Positions 13,331-26,490 of a stretch of DNA of 64,000 nt are shown here, piece after piece. The translations under genes and the position numbers were made by a program. Under the pieces are notes generated by a model. That model searched no databases, was not told the DNA's origin, and was given only the letters and a program-made list of their open reading frames with translations. Within the stretch, counting starts at the first letter, position 1. Each line of letters starts with the position of its first letter. Source of the stretch: Octopus sinensis (lineage: Eukaryota); NCBI RefSeq assembly GCF_006345805.1, contig NC_043002.1, forward strand, positions 37,882,001-37,946,000, given 5' to 3'.

Positions 13331-13361
<31 letters not shown>

Positions 13362-13854
13362 CAGACACACAGACACACAGACACACACATACACACACAC
13401 ACACACAACACACACACACACACACTGGGCTCAGTAAATTAATTTGGGATCTAAAAGACCACAATGAACAATTAAATTTAGTTGAATCTCTCAATCTCGA
13501 TACCTTATGACAAAGGTAAGGAATTCTGTCTTCTCTGTAATTTTTCATTATTTTTCATTATTTTTTTCTAAAAATCCCCTAGTAAACACGGTTATAGAGT
13601 GTGCATACGGATGTAAACATTGGCAAAAACACACCTTTAGTTCATATAAGCAATCTCTATCATTATATATAATTTTAATATTAATTTTCTGTTATATTTG
13701 ACAATCGCTAAAAATATTCCTCCTCTTTCTATAGGCTACTTCTGACGCTATATCACATAACGTTTTTTCAAACAATATTAATAGCGTTCAGTAAATCACT
13801 ATATATATCCATCATTTCCTGTTAAAATGTCGTATTGACGAGTTTCATTTTTTA

Positions 13855-13941
13855 ACTTCCCTGAAGAGAAGATTGCATTGTTTTATACCATTTATTCTTT
13901 TGAATAATATCAATGAAATCTTCGAAACATGTGTCGGAAGT
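13855..13941 (+). ncRNA. Complete type I hammerhead ribozyme fold (long stem II)
   Basis: acttcc CTGAAGA gaagatt...aatcttc GAAA c atgt gt C ggaagt. Stem I is 6 bp and the base of stem II is 7 bp, both perfect. Cleavage is predicted 3' of 13935. Confidence 0.85.
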
Positions 13942-13976
13942 AAAAGTATTTGATTGATACCTGCGTTAAACTCCAT

Positions 13977-14024
<48 letters not shown>

Positions 14025-14119
14025 TATATATATTATATATGTATATATATACACGCACGCACGCACACACACACACATATATATATATACGGATGCTGGA
14101 CAAAATAATGGAAACACCT

Positions 14120-14347
14120 TAAAATTTCAAACAAATTTATATAATAAGGCTCTAAAAGATAGTGCTTTTAGCGAGGAAATAACCTATACACCTGCCACCA
14201 ACCCAACAATAAAGAAGAGGAGACAAAGGAATAGGAAAAACCATCTGGTTCACACACCCTACTCACCCGAGGTGACCTTCAATATAGGCAAGTATCCTTA
14301 GAACTAATAAATAGACATTTTCCAGTTAACCACACTTACAGGAAGCT
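14120..14347 (+). mobile_element. Penelope-like element fragment (RT-EN linker), preceded by a Tc1-like TIR remnant at ~14088-14122
   Basis: YNKALKDSAFSEEITY..KRRQRNRK..PYS..NIG..LINRHFP..YRKLFN across frameshifts. Confidence 0.75.
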
Positions 14348-14878
14348 CTTCAATAGTGTATGTGCGTATATAGACGTGTGCGGGTATGTGCGTATAGAGG
14401 CGTGTGTGTGCATGCATAAATGTGTGTGCGTATATAGATGTGGTTTACGCTTTGTATACTCTCTTATGCCTTTTTCTGTATTGTTACCCTTAACCCTGTT
14501 TTTTCTTGTGCATGTGCGTATATAGACGCGTGTATGAACCTTTATGGTGCGCGCGCGCATGTGTGTATGTATATGCATATACATTTGGCGAAGGATGCGA
14601 GTGAGGATGTGTACGTTTTCAAGTGAGTGTGCATGAATGTATACCTTTAGGCGCACGCGCGTGGGTGTGCGGGCACATATGTGTAGGTATGCACACGCGC
14701 GCTTACGCGAATACTATGAACTTTTTACCCCCTAACTTAGTGGTCATTCGGAGTCATTCTTGTTGCTTATTTTGATTATAATCACCTCACGGATTTATAT
14801 GGATAACACCATACAGAATTCTGGTGCATTTAAATTAAGTACCATATTCATTTGAATCTAAATCTTTGCTGAAATTAT

Positions 14879-14934
<56 letters not shown>

Positions 14935-14938
<4 letters not shown>

Positions 14939-15055
14939 CGTGATCACCGTGACCGACCATGCTATCAAATGTTGATACACATCGCTGGTCACAATGCGCT
15001 TTGCATTGTTTTAGCCTTCAAATGACGCCACCCCGCTATCTAAGCGTGCAGGCCA

Positions 15056-15056
<1 letters not shown>
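14935..15056 (-). mobile_element. SINE 3' fragment embedded in (TA)n
   Basis: Short unique block between TA tracts that resembles a SINE 3' tail; recognised from memory, with no full copy in this window. Confidence 0.5.
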
Positions 15057-15090
<34 letters not shown>

Positions 15091-15420
15091 ATATATATAT
15101 ATATATATAATATATATATATATAATATATATATATATATATAATATATATATATATATATACATTCTGTAACGCAGCACTTCAACAAAAGATCCGATAG
15201 AATAAATATTACGAATAAATATCAGAGATATAAGTACGGGCTCAATCTGTTCGACTAAAAGCTATCAAGGCAGAGCTTCAGCATAGAGGCAGTCTAATAC
15301 CTGAAACAATTAAAAGATACACACACACACGCACAATATGTAATACACATAGGTAATACAGTTGGTTAAAAAAATATGGTTGTATTTCCATACAATATCA
15401 CAGCACGCATAGAATACTGT

Positions 15421-15485
<65 letters not shown>

Positions 15486-16532
15486 ACATATATATATACA
15501 TACATATATACATACATATATATATCTACATGCATACCTATATATATATATATATGTTTGCAAATATATATATAATAGTATTCAATGCGCGTAGAGATAC
15601 AGTATGCAAATATAGCCATATTTTTTAACCATATCTATTACCTATGTGTATTACATATTGTGCGTGTGTGTGTGTGTGTGAGTGTGGGTCCGTGTTTCAC
15701 ATAGTGTTATATGTATAATAATTATACATGTATTATATACAGTCGCTCTAAATCTAGAATTCAAAGTACTTATACGCACCCAGCCATTTGAGTTTGATTT
15801 TATTCAAATAAATATTTACATTCTTATCCATTTAGTTTCATTGTTAAGAATTAGATGCCAATTTCTAAACATCTATCTTTATAACGTTCACAGACAATTT
15901 GAATATCAAATATTTTTTCTTTCTTCTTTTTTTCACTTTTGTAGTAAAATCTTTCCATAAACAATACGTAACGGAGCTATTCTGTACAACTTCATAGTTA
16001 ACTCCAGTATCATGTAGGGTCATTGATAATGAAAATATCGTAAAAAGCAAAAGTAGAAAAAAAAAGTTTATTTTCTTATGGAATATCTAGTTCACTTACA
16101 GAAGATTCTATTTTCTTTGAACTGTATTATGCAATAGTGAATTCTGGTGCCTTTGCAGGTACTCGTACCACTCACTGTTTATTGTCTTTTACACCAGTAT
16201 GGGGTACGTTCCCTTGATGTTTTATTTCTGCCTCATTCCTTTTGTGTTCCTTGGGGAGCAAAGCAGAAGCTTATATTCTGTGGCGATTCTCCATGATATT
16301 AACCCTCACTTCTGTGGAGATCTTGCCAACATATTCGCATAACGTTTTCTATCGGACTTCTCTCCTGTCACAGCTATTTCTTCTGGTTTTAGGTTTCTAC
16401 CCCATATGGAACATGATGAGACAATGCAATAGAACAGTTGTAGCAAGATGTGGAAGCGTACCGTGGCAGTGACACTACACACCGTATAATGATATAATTG
16501 TCAAATTTCTATCACTGAAACATAAATATATA

Positions 16533-16865
16533 TTGGGTTGTCCGGAAAGTTCGTGCCGATTTATAGTAGCTTACATTTCGACTTATTTTAGAACATTGTT
16601 GAGTACATAAAATAGGATTTGACTACACCTCCATTTAGAGCACAGTTTAAGCTATCTTTTCGTGGAAGAAGGTTTATGTTCCTATGACCTGTGTTAATTC
16701 TGTAACCCTTTAAACTGGAAGATAAGAAAATTCATTTTTGGCACTTGATGCTTTGGGAACCAGACAAAAATTGCTGCAGCTCGGATGTGATGTGTTACCC
16801 CACCCTCCATATTCCCCAGATGTTGCTCCTTCGGATTTCCACTTATTCAGGCCTCTGCAGAATAG
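16533..16865 (+). mobile_element. mariner transposon remnant (TIR and transposase C-terminal motif)
   Basis: TA then TTGGGTTGTCCGGAAAG TIR-like start. VLPHPPYSPDVAPSDFHLFRPLQN is the mariner YSPDLAPSD motif. Confidence 0.9.
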
Positions 16866-16869
16866 TCTT

Positions 16870-17100
16870 TTATCTACTGGGTTTGAAAATAGGATCACTG
16901 CCTACAGTCATCGCGGGTTCTCCTCGGTTAATGAGATTTATGTTGTTAATGATCCTTTTGAAACTATGTAAATCAACCGCTGAGGGAAAGATATGAGTAA
17001 GCAAGGGAATACCGGGAGAATGACATTCAGGGAAAGGTAGTGTCGTTGTTAATGTGGTGCGTGGTAGGATTGGGCGCCGCAAGGGAGATGATTGGAGAGA
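16870..17100 (-). mobile_element. CR1/L2-like LINE 3' end fragment
   Basis: HIFPSAVDLHSFKRIINNINL resembles CR1/L2-group C-termini. Confidence 0.55.
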
Positions 17101-17399
17101 CGAGTGAATAAGTTGTGGCAGCATGAATCCAGCCCTTAACAAACAGAAACCATTATATTGGTGATCAAAAAAGGCAGTGACAGGAAGCAGTGCGCCTGTT
17201 GATGACTTTAGGTCAATCCGTCAGTGTCCTTTTTCTGGGTGAGGGGCATGATACTTGTATGTGCTCCAGCAACAATGTTCCAGCTGAAGAGCAACACTCG
17301 ATTGCGGGTTTCACTAAGTCAATAACTGTCAGTTGGAGGATGAAAAATCGTCTTCCCCTCATGAAAAGAACCAGTAACTGAGATGAGTTTCTACTTTTG

Positions 17400-17830
17400 A
17401 TGAGAATGTGCTTTGCCAAGGCAAATCCCTAGAGATAGTGAGATTCAACAAAAAATATGGAGAGCTAAGAATATCCCAACAGATAGCAAAATTAAATTTC
17501 TGCAAGCACTGTTTCTTTCCATCTTTCTGCAAACATACAAGACATGGAAGATCGAGGAAGATACAAGCACTGGAGTGAGAAGTTACCACAACATTTTTGG
17601 TATTTCACATTAGGGACCAGTCAGGAGTGGATGGGTTCGCAAATCATCGTGTTTCATATTGCCGTTCATGAAGATCTCACAACAGGGAAAACAGGAAGCT
17701 GAGATAGTATGGCCATGTAACTAGATCAATGACCTAGCAAAGGCCATTCTTCATCGAAGAATGTATGGGGGAAGTAGGAGAGCGGACAGAGAAAAATATG
17801 GACGAACGATATCAAAGAATGAAAGAGCAA
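17400..17830 (+). mobile_element. RTE LINE fragment
   Basis: KIWRAKNIPTDSKIKFLQALFLSIFLQTYKTW followed by a GHVTRS..AKAIL..WTNDIKE-like segment. Confidence 0.75.
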
Positions 17831-18479
17831 GTCTTGAGTTGAAACGTAAGTTCTGGTACACAACCAGAGTAGATAGAAAATAACTTGTATATGATTTGTC
17901 ACGACGATGCCTCTTGACTTCAATGGGAACTGACCACATATGCGTATACATACGCTAGTAGGTAGACACAGACATACAGACAAATGCGCACGTAAACACA
18001 CACACACACACGCAACACACACAAAGATATAATGATAAATAGACTGACGACAGAAATATATATATATATATATATATATAGATAGATAGATAGATAGATA
18101 GATATATAGATAGATAGATAGATAGATATGGTGAGAGATTAAGAGAGTGGAGTGCTAAATTATAATGGAAATGATATACAGAATTAGTTTAATATTTCTA
18201 TTATCAACAAATAATTATTGCGGTCGAAATGACGAAGTTTGACTTATTTTATTGAACATAAAATGTTTTAAATACGAACAAACATATATACAGGGAGTCC
18301 TTTCACATAAATGATCGAAATGCAAGTAGATTAATCTGCTATATGGAATGTAGTTTTCGAGTTGGATGGGCATATATGCATATACATATATGCACACACA
18401 CGCACACGCACACACACACGCACACACACACACACACACTGACATGAATGTATCTTTCTGACTCTCCTGCTATATATGA

Positions 18480-18730
18480 CACATGATGGTAGCGAAGTTT
18501 CTTGTCGAATAACCTCCACTGAACATTTGCTTAAAGCAATCAAATGTCTTACTCTGCCTGAACTTAACCCTCCCATCAGATCGATGTTACCTGTACAGGT
18601 GCACAATGCGATATTCAGCGCGTTAGATTTAGAAATGGTAGTAGGGCAACGTGAAGTGAAGTGATTTGCTTAAGAACACAATACATTATCCGCTCCGGGA
18701 ATCAAAATCACTATCGTGCGACCTCCCACA
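18480..18730 (-). mobile_element. Diverged SINE (family C variant)
   Basis: Reverse complement carries TGTGTTCTTAAGCAAATCACTTCACTTCACGTTG, similar to 9895-9935. Confidence 0.6.
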
Positions 18731-20409
18731 TGCTTACCTACATATAAACACCACTGTGTGTATGTGTGTTGTGTATGTATATGTATATGCATACACAGCA
18801 TAAAAATTACATTCCTTGTCCCTAACACAGATTTAGCCAATAACACCATGCTTAAGAAAATAACAAAAAGAATGCCTATAGAAATAATTTTGTCCTCACT
18901 TGAAACTTTTGATACTCATTAAATCAAATATATGCTTAAAGATTAAGAAGTATATTGTCCAAAAAATCAACAAATTTTCAGCGCAATTCATAGATTAGTT
19001 TTTATTGAAATAATTGATCTATCCTTAATAGTATCAACTCATTTTTTGCAATATTACATTTCAAATATCATATAGAGAGTTAAAAATACATTTGAATACT
19101 CTGTAGCTTTCACTATCAAGTTTGTTATTACAGTTGCATAATTACTACCTTGCTGTATTTTGCATTTGCAGGAAATTGCATGTCAAGCAAAATGAGCTAA
19201 TAAATTTTCCATTAAAAGTTTTTTTTTTCCCACGGATAATGTATATCTTTAGCGTGATAAAACTACATTGATAAGCAATAGATGCTTTGGGGCTTTATTC
19301 TATTTTCGCTTTACCTAAAGCTGTTGTTTCGCTTAATAATTTTAAAATCAAATGCATTTAAAAAATACTAAATATACAATATATTGCTTGGTATATAAAC
19401 ATTCATGAAAGTATATAAAATTAAGTTAGTAGCTTAATCACTATTTCGAAATCAATTAAAAACTGCCTTCATTTTGCACCTGCTAAAGTAACTACATATT
19501 TCACTGGCACAATTCCAGCACTCAGTCAAGGTATTTGTGCATGTTATCACCGCCATTTTGTATCTTTGTTCTTTATTAAACAGCATACAAGAACCTATTC
19601 ACTTGAAACTCAATCATTTTGTTACTATTCTTTTTAATGACTTATCTTCCAGTATGAAGTCAATACGTCAGGAACTATAACACAAGTAGAAGTGAAGGAG
19701 AGCTTATACAAACATTACCTCCATTGTATAAGCTAAAAACACCGAGGATACAGGAAAGAGCGTTTTCATTTACCTTTAAGTGGCAAAGAGATTAAAACAT
19801 TTTCCTTTTAATTATATACTCTCTTTGAAATATTCACCTAACCAACCATAATCCAGCAGAAGAATCTCATTAAGTCACAGAATATAGCTAAAATTTTGCG
19901 CAATCACTGGAAAATAATGAGTTTTTCTTTTTGTATCTTATTTTAGATTTACAAATATTTACCAAGAAGATAATTGTTACTTAAAAGTATTTTAATTGAT
20001 TGTAGCCTGCATTTTATGTGGTACTCCTGTCAGATTTGTCAGTATATTTTGTTACTGGTTTAAATATTGCATATTATTTGATCTTTGAATTTTGTTTTAC
20101 TGCAATAAAGAAGCAATACAGTCCAGGTGTTGATTGTTAAGTTGAGATCTGAACTAAGACCAAGGCATGTGTTAAAATGTCGAAAGAGTCTCTTTATCTG
20201 ATATAATTATGTTAATTCCTTTTTTGTAGAAATGAAGGTGAATCTTGAAATGGCAAATAGTACATTAAGTATTAGATACTTCACAGATTTCAGCAGAAGG
20301 ATACATTGCCATACAGATACATGCATAGACACAGATACACACACACAGACACAGACACACAGACACAGACACACACACACAGACACACACATACATAAAT
20401 ACATACATA

Positions 20410-21115
20410 TATTTGGGATATGTAATACACTACCAAATACAAATCTTGAGAAATTAGGCTTCTCAAAACCAGAAAGGAGAAGCTGATCCGAATACTACAG
20501 ATCCAAGCCATCACTGGAACTGTAAAAATCTGTAAAAATGTCCAGAAGTTTGTCATTTAAGTATATATAAGCATGTTTAGATATGCAACTATATGCACGA
20601 GAAGACATACATAAAACAAAACATACAAATCTGCACACATACATACATACATACATACATACATACATACATACATACATACATACATACATACATACAC
20701 ACGTATATACATACATACAGCTACTCTACCCGGTCCACACAAGTTCAGGTTTATATCTGTAATTCTGGGGCCACTGGGATACGTACGAAAGTTCCTAAGC
20801 ACCAATCTTGGGATATTAGGTTTCTCAAAACCAGAAAGGAGGAAGCTGATTAGGAGATTACAATTTCAAACCATCAGTGAAATTGACACATTTGTATAAT
20901 TTTCCAGAAGAATATCGGTGCATATCTAGTCATGCGAACACATGAGAATACATACACAAATCCGCACATGCACTGACCACAAATATTACGCAAATACATA
21001 GAAACATGCACAAAAACTTTGCTGAAATTTCAGTGAAGCAGTCTTGGATCTAGGTTAGAAACCGGCTCTCTCTAATCGTGAGGAATTTTGAAATAAAACA
21101 GAATAAAACATATAT
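20410..21115 (+). mobile_element. Two tandem 3' fragments of an R4/Dong-like restriction-endonuclease LINE separated by (ACAT)n
   Basis: FISVILGPLGYVRKFLSTNLGILGFSKPERRKLIRRLQFQ (20750-20900) and TNLEKLGFSKPERR (20435-20480). Clade assignment rests on the PIIIGALG-like motif. Confidence 0.65.
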
Positions 21116-21293
21116 ACATACATGTATATGTATATATATGCATATATATATATATTGAATTATATGTTGGCAAATATATATATATTTATATATATGCGGC
21201 GCTCCAGGTGGGGAACCTATATGCCAATGAAACCGGAAAAACCGGCCATTATGATCCAGGCATGGTTCGAGAAGGAACAAACAACTATATATA

Positions 21294-21336
<43 letters not shown>

Positions 21337-21373
21337 CGTATCTCTCTCTCTCTGTAAATACATGTGCGTATAT

Positions 21374-21408
<35 letters not shown>

Positions 21409-21409
<1 letters not shown>

Positions 21410-21566
21410 ACATTATTGGTGAATTGAAGAAATGGAGCTGAACGCAGATTGAACAGAAATCGTTTTATTTCATTCTACACGTGTTTCGAAACACGTGTAG
21501 AATGAAATAAAACGATTTCTGTTCAATCTGCGTTCAGCTCCATTTCTTCAATTCACCAATAATGTT
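21409..21566. repeat. Perfect 158-bp palindrome with no spacer, centred on TTTC|GAAA
   Basis: 79-bp arms are exactly complementary about 21487/21488. Each arm begins GAAA c acgt gt A, a hammerhead 3' half. Confidence 0.95.
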
Positions 21567-21707
21567 TTAATTTCAATTATCCGCACCAACGCACGGTTGC
21601 AACGCCAGATGGTTGTACCTCCAACCGTGCTGTTTACTGCTGTGATTTTTGCTACTAAGGTATCGGTTAAACTTTTGATTAATCTACTACAAGATTATTC
21701 ATCTTTC

Positions 21708-21753
<46 letters not shown>

Positions 21754-24349
21754 TATATATTTACACACAGACACACATGAAATGTAATATAGCCGAGAAA
21801 TCATTATTAAAGTTAAAGCAAATAGCATAATGATATGATATGATATAAATTTTTAGATGTAGAGCATCAAATCCACCAACAGATCTTAGAGAATATTACA
21901 ACAATATAACATTGAGTAAAGTTAAACATATCAGTTACGGATTCATAAATTGCACACACAATATGAACTTGCATAACCTGCATTAAAATGCTCATTCACA
22001 AGTTATCATTCCTGGAGATGATAAAGTTTTGCAGTTTATTTTATAAATATTTGTTAAGCAATAGATTGTAATATCATCTTTCAGCCATCATATATTATTA
22101 ATGTACAATGCAATCGTATTTCGACTGCTAGTTTCCACAGTTTGCACAATTATTGCTCAGCCTGCTTCGAATTCTACTACTGCCATAGAAGAGCTTACAT
22201 AAGCTGTGTATACACATTACTTCAGGCTCATCTGTTTTCAAAGTATTTCCACTCTGCCTGTTTTGTTGTCATCTTGTTATCTTAACAAATAGATTTATTT
22301 CTATTTTTATATCAATCTCTTGTGCTGTGTGACATGTAGCTTGCGTCCATAGCTTTTCAGTAGATCTGTTTATTCGACAACAAATTTTAACTCGGTATGA
22401 TATCTTACTTGTTGTTATCTATCTGGTATATATTACATATAGAAAATATGAAGCATTTACATATAGTTGGGGAAATGCACAGATAATTGTCGGATCTATT
22501 GCCATTGACAATATTGACGGTGAGAATTTCAAACTCTGCTACTACGTATCCGTATCATAGAAGTGCAATTCATAATGCAGAGAGATTTGCATTTATGTGG
22601 ATGTCTGAAATAGTGTCCCCACAGAGACATGAAAACATGATTGACATGAAAAGATACCAATCTTTATTTTAATTTCTCTTTTTATATCTCCCTGCTTCTC
22701 TGCCTATCACTCTCCCCAAATACACACAATCACACACACACACACACACACACATGCATATACACATGTAAACACATATATGTATATTAAGATGGATAAT
22801 ATATTCATTTATGCATATACATATGCATATATATAAATACATATATAATACACTTATATAAATTTACAATTTTCAACATCAATTATACACACGCACACCT
22901 ACGAATACACACACACATACATCGTACACACAGACACACACCGAATATCTAAATGCGTATTCATCCACACCACGTTAATTTTATACGAAGCTTCTATGGA
23001 ATTAAATTACAAAAAATAAATTTCCAAATTGACACGATTTGTTCCAGAAAACATTTACTAGCTGAGTTGTTGCTCTTTTCAACCAACATACTGGAATGTT
23101 TATGGGTGTTAGTACAAAAAAACATTTCTTACAGAATACCTATATGTATCATTCACTTTATACGCAGGTGTTTTTGCCTTAAATGCAGGATTATGTAAAT
23201 AACACCAGTAAATTCTTGTGTATTTGCTTAAGTGGTTCCAATGCTAATTCAAATTTAAATTATATTTTTGAATGTATTATTTAAGGAAGAATTGTATTTC
23301 GGGATGGTAAATGTTGTTTATTAATTTTTTGCCAAATAAACCTACACAAAATATGTTTGCTCTTTACTTGTTTATTACTGTTCTTATCTTAACTCATGTC
23401 AATTGTCCGGAAATCTTTCGTCACACATCTGTGACATCTACAGCGACACTTTCCGTCCTTGTGTGTGCTCCTGCTCCGCTTAGTCCATTCTGTTCTTCCA
23501 TATTGGTTTCACATCAGATATCTTGCAACACAAATTCGTAAACGTATCTATGGGAATATTCTATTGAATTGTTTAAAACTTCACAAGTTGAACATAATAA
23601 TGAATGCAAAATCTATCGGCTATATCTTCAACTTTACCAGACAGTAGCTGTTGTCTCATATTCTACCCTACTTGGTAGCGTGTACCATGTCCTTCCTAAT
23701 TGCTTCAAACGCTTCTGTAGTCGCCAGCAGACATAGAAACACTCACAGCTCTTCGAGCCAATGAAAGATCGAGTATGTGGCAGATGGCGAAAAAGAGGCC
23801 TGTCCAGCACTTCGCCGGAATTCATTTCCAGAGGAATAGACTGGAGCAACAAGAAATAAAGCACCTTGCGTAATGAGATAACGTTCTGCCTGACCCACGA
23901 ATCAGAATCGAATTGGAATCATGTCCATATGGATCCCAACACCCTAAAAATATTCTTGGCCCTAATTTCCAAACGAGATTAAGTATATATGGATATAAGA
24001 ATGTATATTTATTTATTCATAACCCACGTATTATTTGCTGTTTATTATTAAGTTGTTGACATCTTTGTAAACGTTATATAAATGCGTTAGGTGAGACACT
24101 AATTTTCTTTACATTTTAAGAAGTAGCTTTCTGCTACAATTATCTGCAGCTTGGTGAGTGGGGAGAGGTGAATTGAGCAAATCCAGACAAACTGTTAATG
24201 CACAACGAATCCTGTTATAGTAAAAAAATTCACCGCTTGGTTACATGGTTCTTGCGTTTGATCCAACTGTGCGGCTCACTTGGTAACTATTTTCTACCAT
24301 AGTCTTGGTCAGCTCAGATCAGGTCATGTCAAGTCCGAGTAGTATCCCA

Positions 24350-25085
24350 GTCAGTCACCATCTATGTAAGATACTCCCTCATCAACCGTGACTAAATGCC
24401 ATGTAGCTGACCAACAAGAGCTATCATTCTAACTGGATTCTCGGAGAAGATGATACGCAGGATCCAACTCGGAAAATCGAATAAGTTGACCAAACAGTTT
24501 GAGCTGACGACTGCAAATCTTATAGGTAACAGGACATATCCCACCCAGTTCCTGAGAATAGTCGTTTGGGACACGAAATTAGACCAATGATAAGCCACAA
24601 TCATACGTAGCGTTCTGGTACCATGGAAATTGAAGCGGCTCCCAACTTGCGGAACTTGGACAGTGTTCGAGTTTCTCAAGACAGGAATGGCGAGAGACCT
24701 GAAGACTCAAACCTTTGTCTTTCTATTCAGATATCACCAGCGCTAAAGAAACACCGTTGTCTAATTAATCCATAACTGCACCAGCACGTTCAAATCTTTT
24801 AAAAACTTAGGACTCTCAGTTAATGTTGCTGTGGACCACATTGCCAATATAAATGAAGTGGTCAACAAATACGACATTGTCTTCGCAACAGTGAGAGTCG
24901 ATGTGGAGTTCTCCAGAAAGCCAAAAAAAGACTGGATCTTTATCTTGACCCAAGTGATTAGGCTTTCCCGTTTACTTATAGGAGAGCATTCCTTAAGACA
25001 TCCAGAGACTCAGCAGGAATAACCGAATCATCAGCAAAATACAGATCAGTAATTTTAGTTTCTCCAATGAAGTTAAAGTAGTCTT
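24350..25085 (-). mobile_element. RTE LINE RT remnant
   Basis: GETKITDLYFADDSVIPAES (RT FADD motif), then RKTKV, FHGTRTLRMI and RQLKLFGQLIRF across frameshifts. Confidence 0.85.
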
Positions 25086-25212
25086 GAGATGACCAATATC
25101 TTAAGAGAGCCATTTTATGCATGTAGAGTATGCAGATATCTACTGCATCAGTATGCACACGCTCGCACTCACACACGCACAGACACACACACATATGTAT
25201 ACACATATACAC

Positions 25213-25232
25213 ATATATATGCACATATATTG

Positions 25233-25279
<47 letters not shown>

Positions 25280-25285
25280 TTACCA

Positions 25286-25358
<73 letters not shown>

Positions 25359-25360
25359 AA
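25213..25360. repeat. (TATC)n microsatellite
   Basis: Direct reading. Confidence 0.97.
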
Positions 25361-25774
25361 TCTATATATATTAAGTAATATACATAGTATATATTTTTAT
25401 GAGCTACTAATAGTTTCAGGTAATGAAAACGACTTCAGAGAGTATGCTAAAATACGTCTGATGCCTTCACGCAAAGCTCAGGATCTACTCACATGGCGTA
25501 ACTAGCTAAAGCAGGACAATAGAACAATAGAAAACACGAGAAAGTAGATGTAAAAGGTGGAATGTTGAAAACACCGGAAAACGAAAAGGAAGGAATTAAA
25601 TAAAAAAGGAAAATTGGTGGTAGTGGCGATTAGAGTTATATCCCCTTTGACTGTAAAGTCATAAGGCTGCATGGATAGAGTCTGCGGTACAGCTGCTCAA
25701 TCTGGAGTACGTTTTTTGTTGATCTTACATTCACGGAACAGTATACGATTTATATATATTCTTTTATTTTTTAT

Positions 25775-26120
25775 TGTTTTACTTGTTTCAGTCATTTAAC
25801 TGTGGCCATGCTGGAGCACTGCCTTAAGTCGAACTACTAAATTACGGGGTCGTAAACACACGAACATCGGTTGTCAAGCGATGGTGCAGAGACACACACA
25901 GACACACAAATACATAGATACATATATACACACACACATACACACGCGCACATATATATATACACATATATACGACGGGCTTCTTCCAGTCTCCGTTTAC
26001 CAAACCCACCCATAAAGCTTTGGTAAGCCAGAGGCTATAGTAGAAGACACTTATCCAATGTGCCACGCATTGGGATGAACCCGGAACCATGTGGTTGGGA
26101 AGTAAGGTTGTTACAACAGT
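25775..26120 (-). mobile_element. SINE family A
   Basis: Reverse complement of family A head and tail. Confidence 0.85.
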
Positions 26121-26122
26121 TC

Positions 26123-26154
<32 letters not shown>

Positions 26155-26223
26155 ACATACACACATACACACACACATACACACACATACACATACACAC
26201 ACACACATACACATACACATACA

Positions 26224-26304
<81 letters not shown>

Positions 26305-26306
<2 letters not shown>

Positions 26307-26490
26307 GTAGGGAGAGTTTACGAAAAAAACAAAAGACGAAGACAGGTGGTGTACAAAACAAACAGATGCATTAGTATAACGCTCAGGAATTGAAAAAGTC
26401 TTTTACGTTTCGAGCCTACGCTCTTCTACAGAAAGGGACACAGAAAAAAACAAGGAGAGAAAAAATGTGTGTAGTGGCTATCGATCTATC
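26305..26490 (-). mobile_element. Solo PLE 3' UTR fragment with hammerhead-like motif (26398-26437)
   Basis: Homologous to 12800-12950. Minus strand cccttt CTGTAGA a gagc gtag gctc GAAA cgt A aaaga. Confidence 0.7.

Noticed and set aside
19650-19745. Possible exon after a pyrimidine tract and AG
   Set aside because: The frame stops after 27 codons with no recognisable domain.
21030-21070. GAAACCGG near the R4-like 3' UTR resembling a hammerhead
   Set aside because: No core motif, and stem III cannot close with GU.
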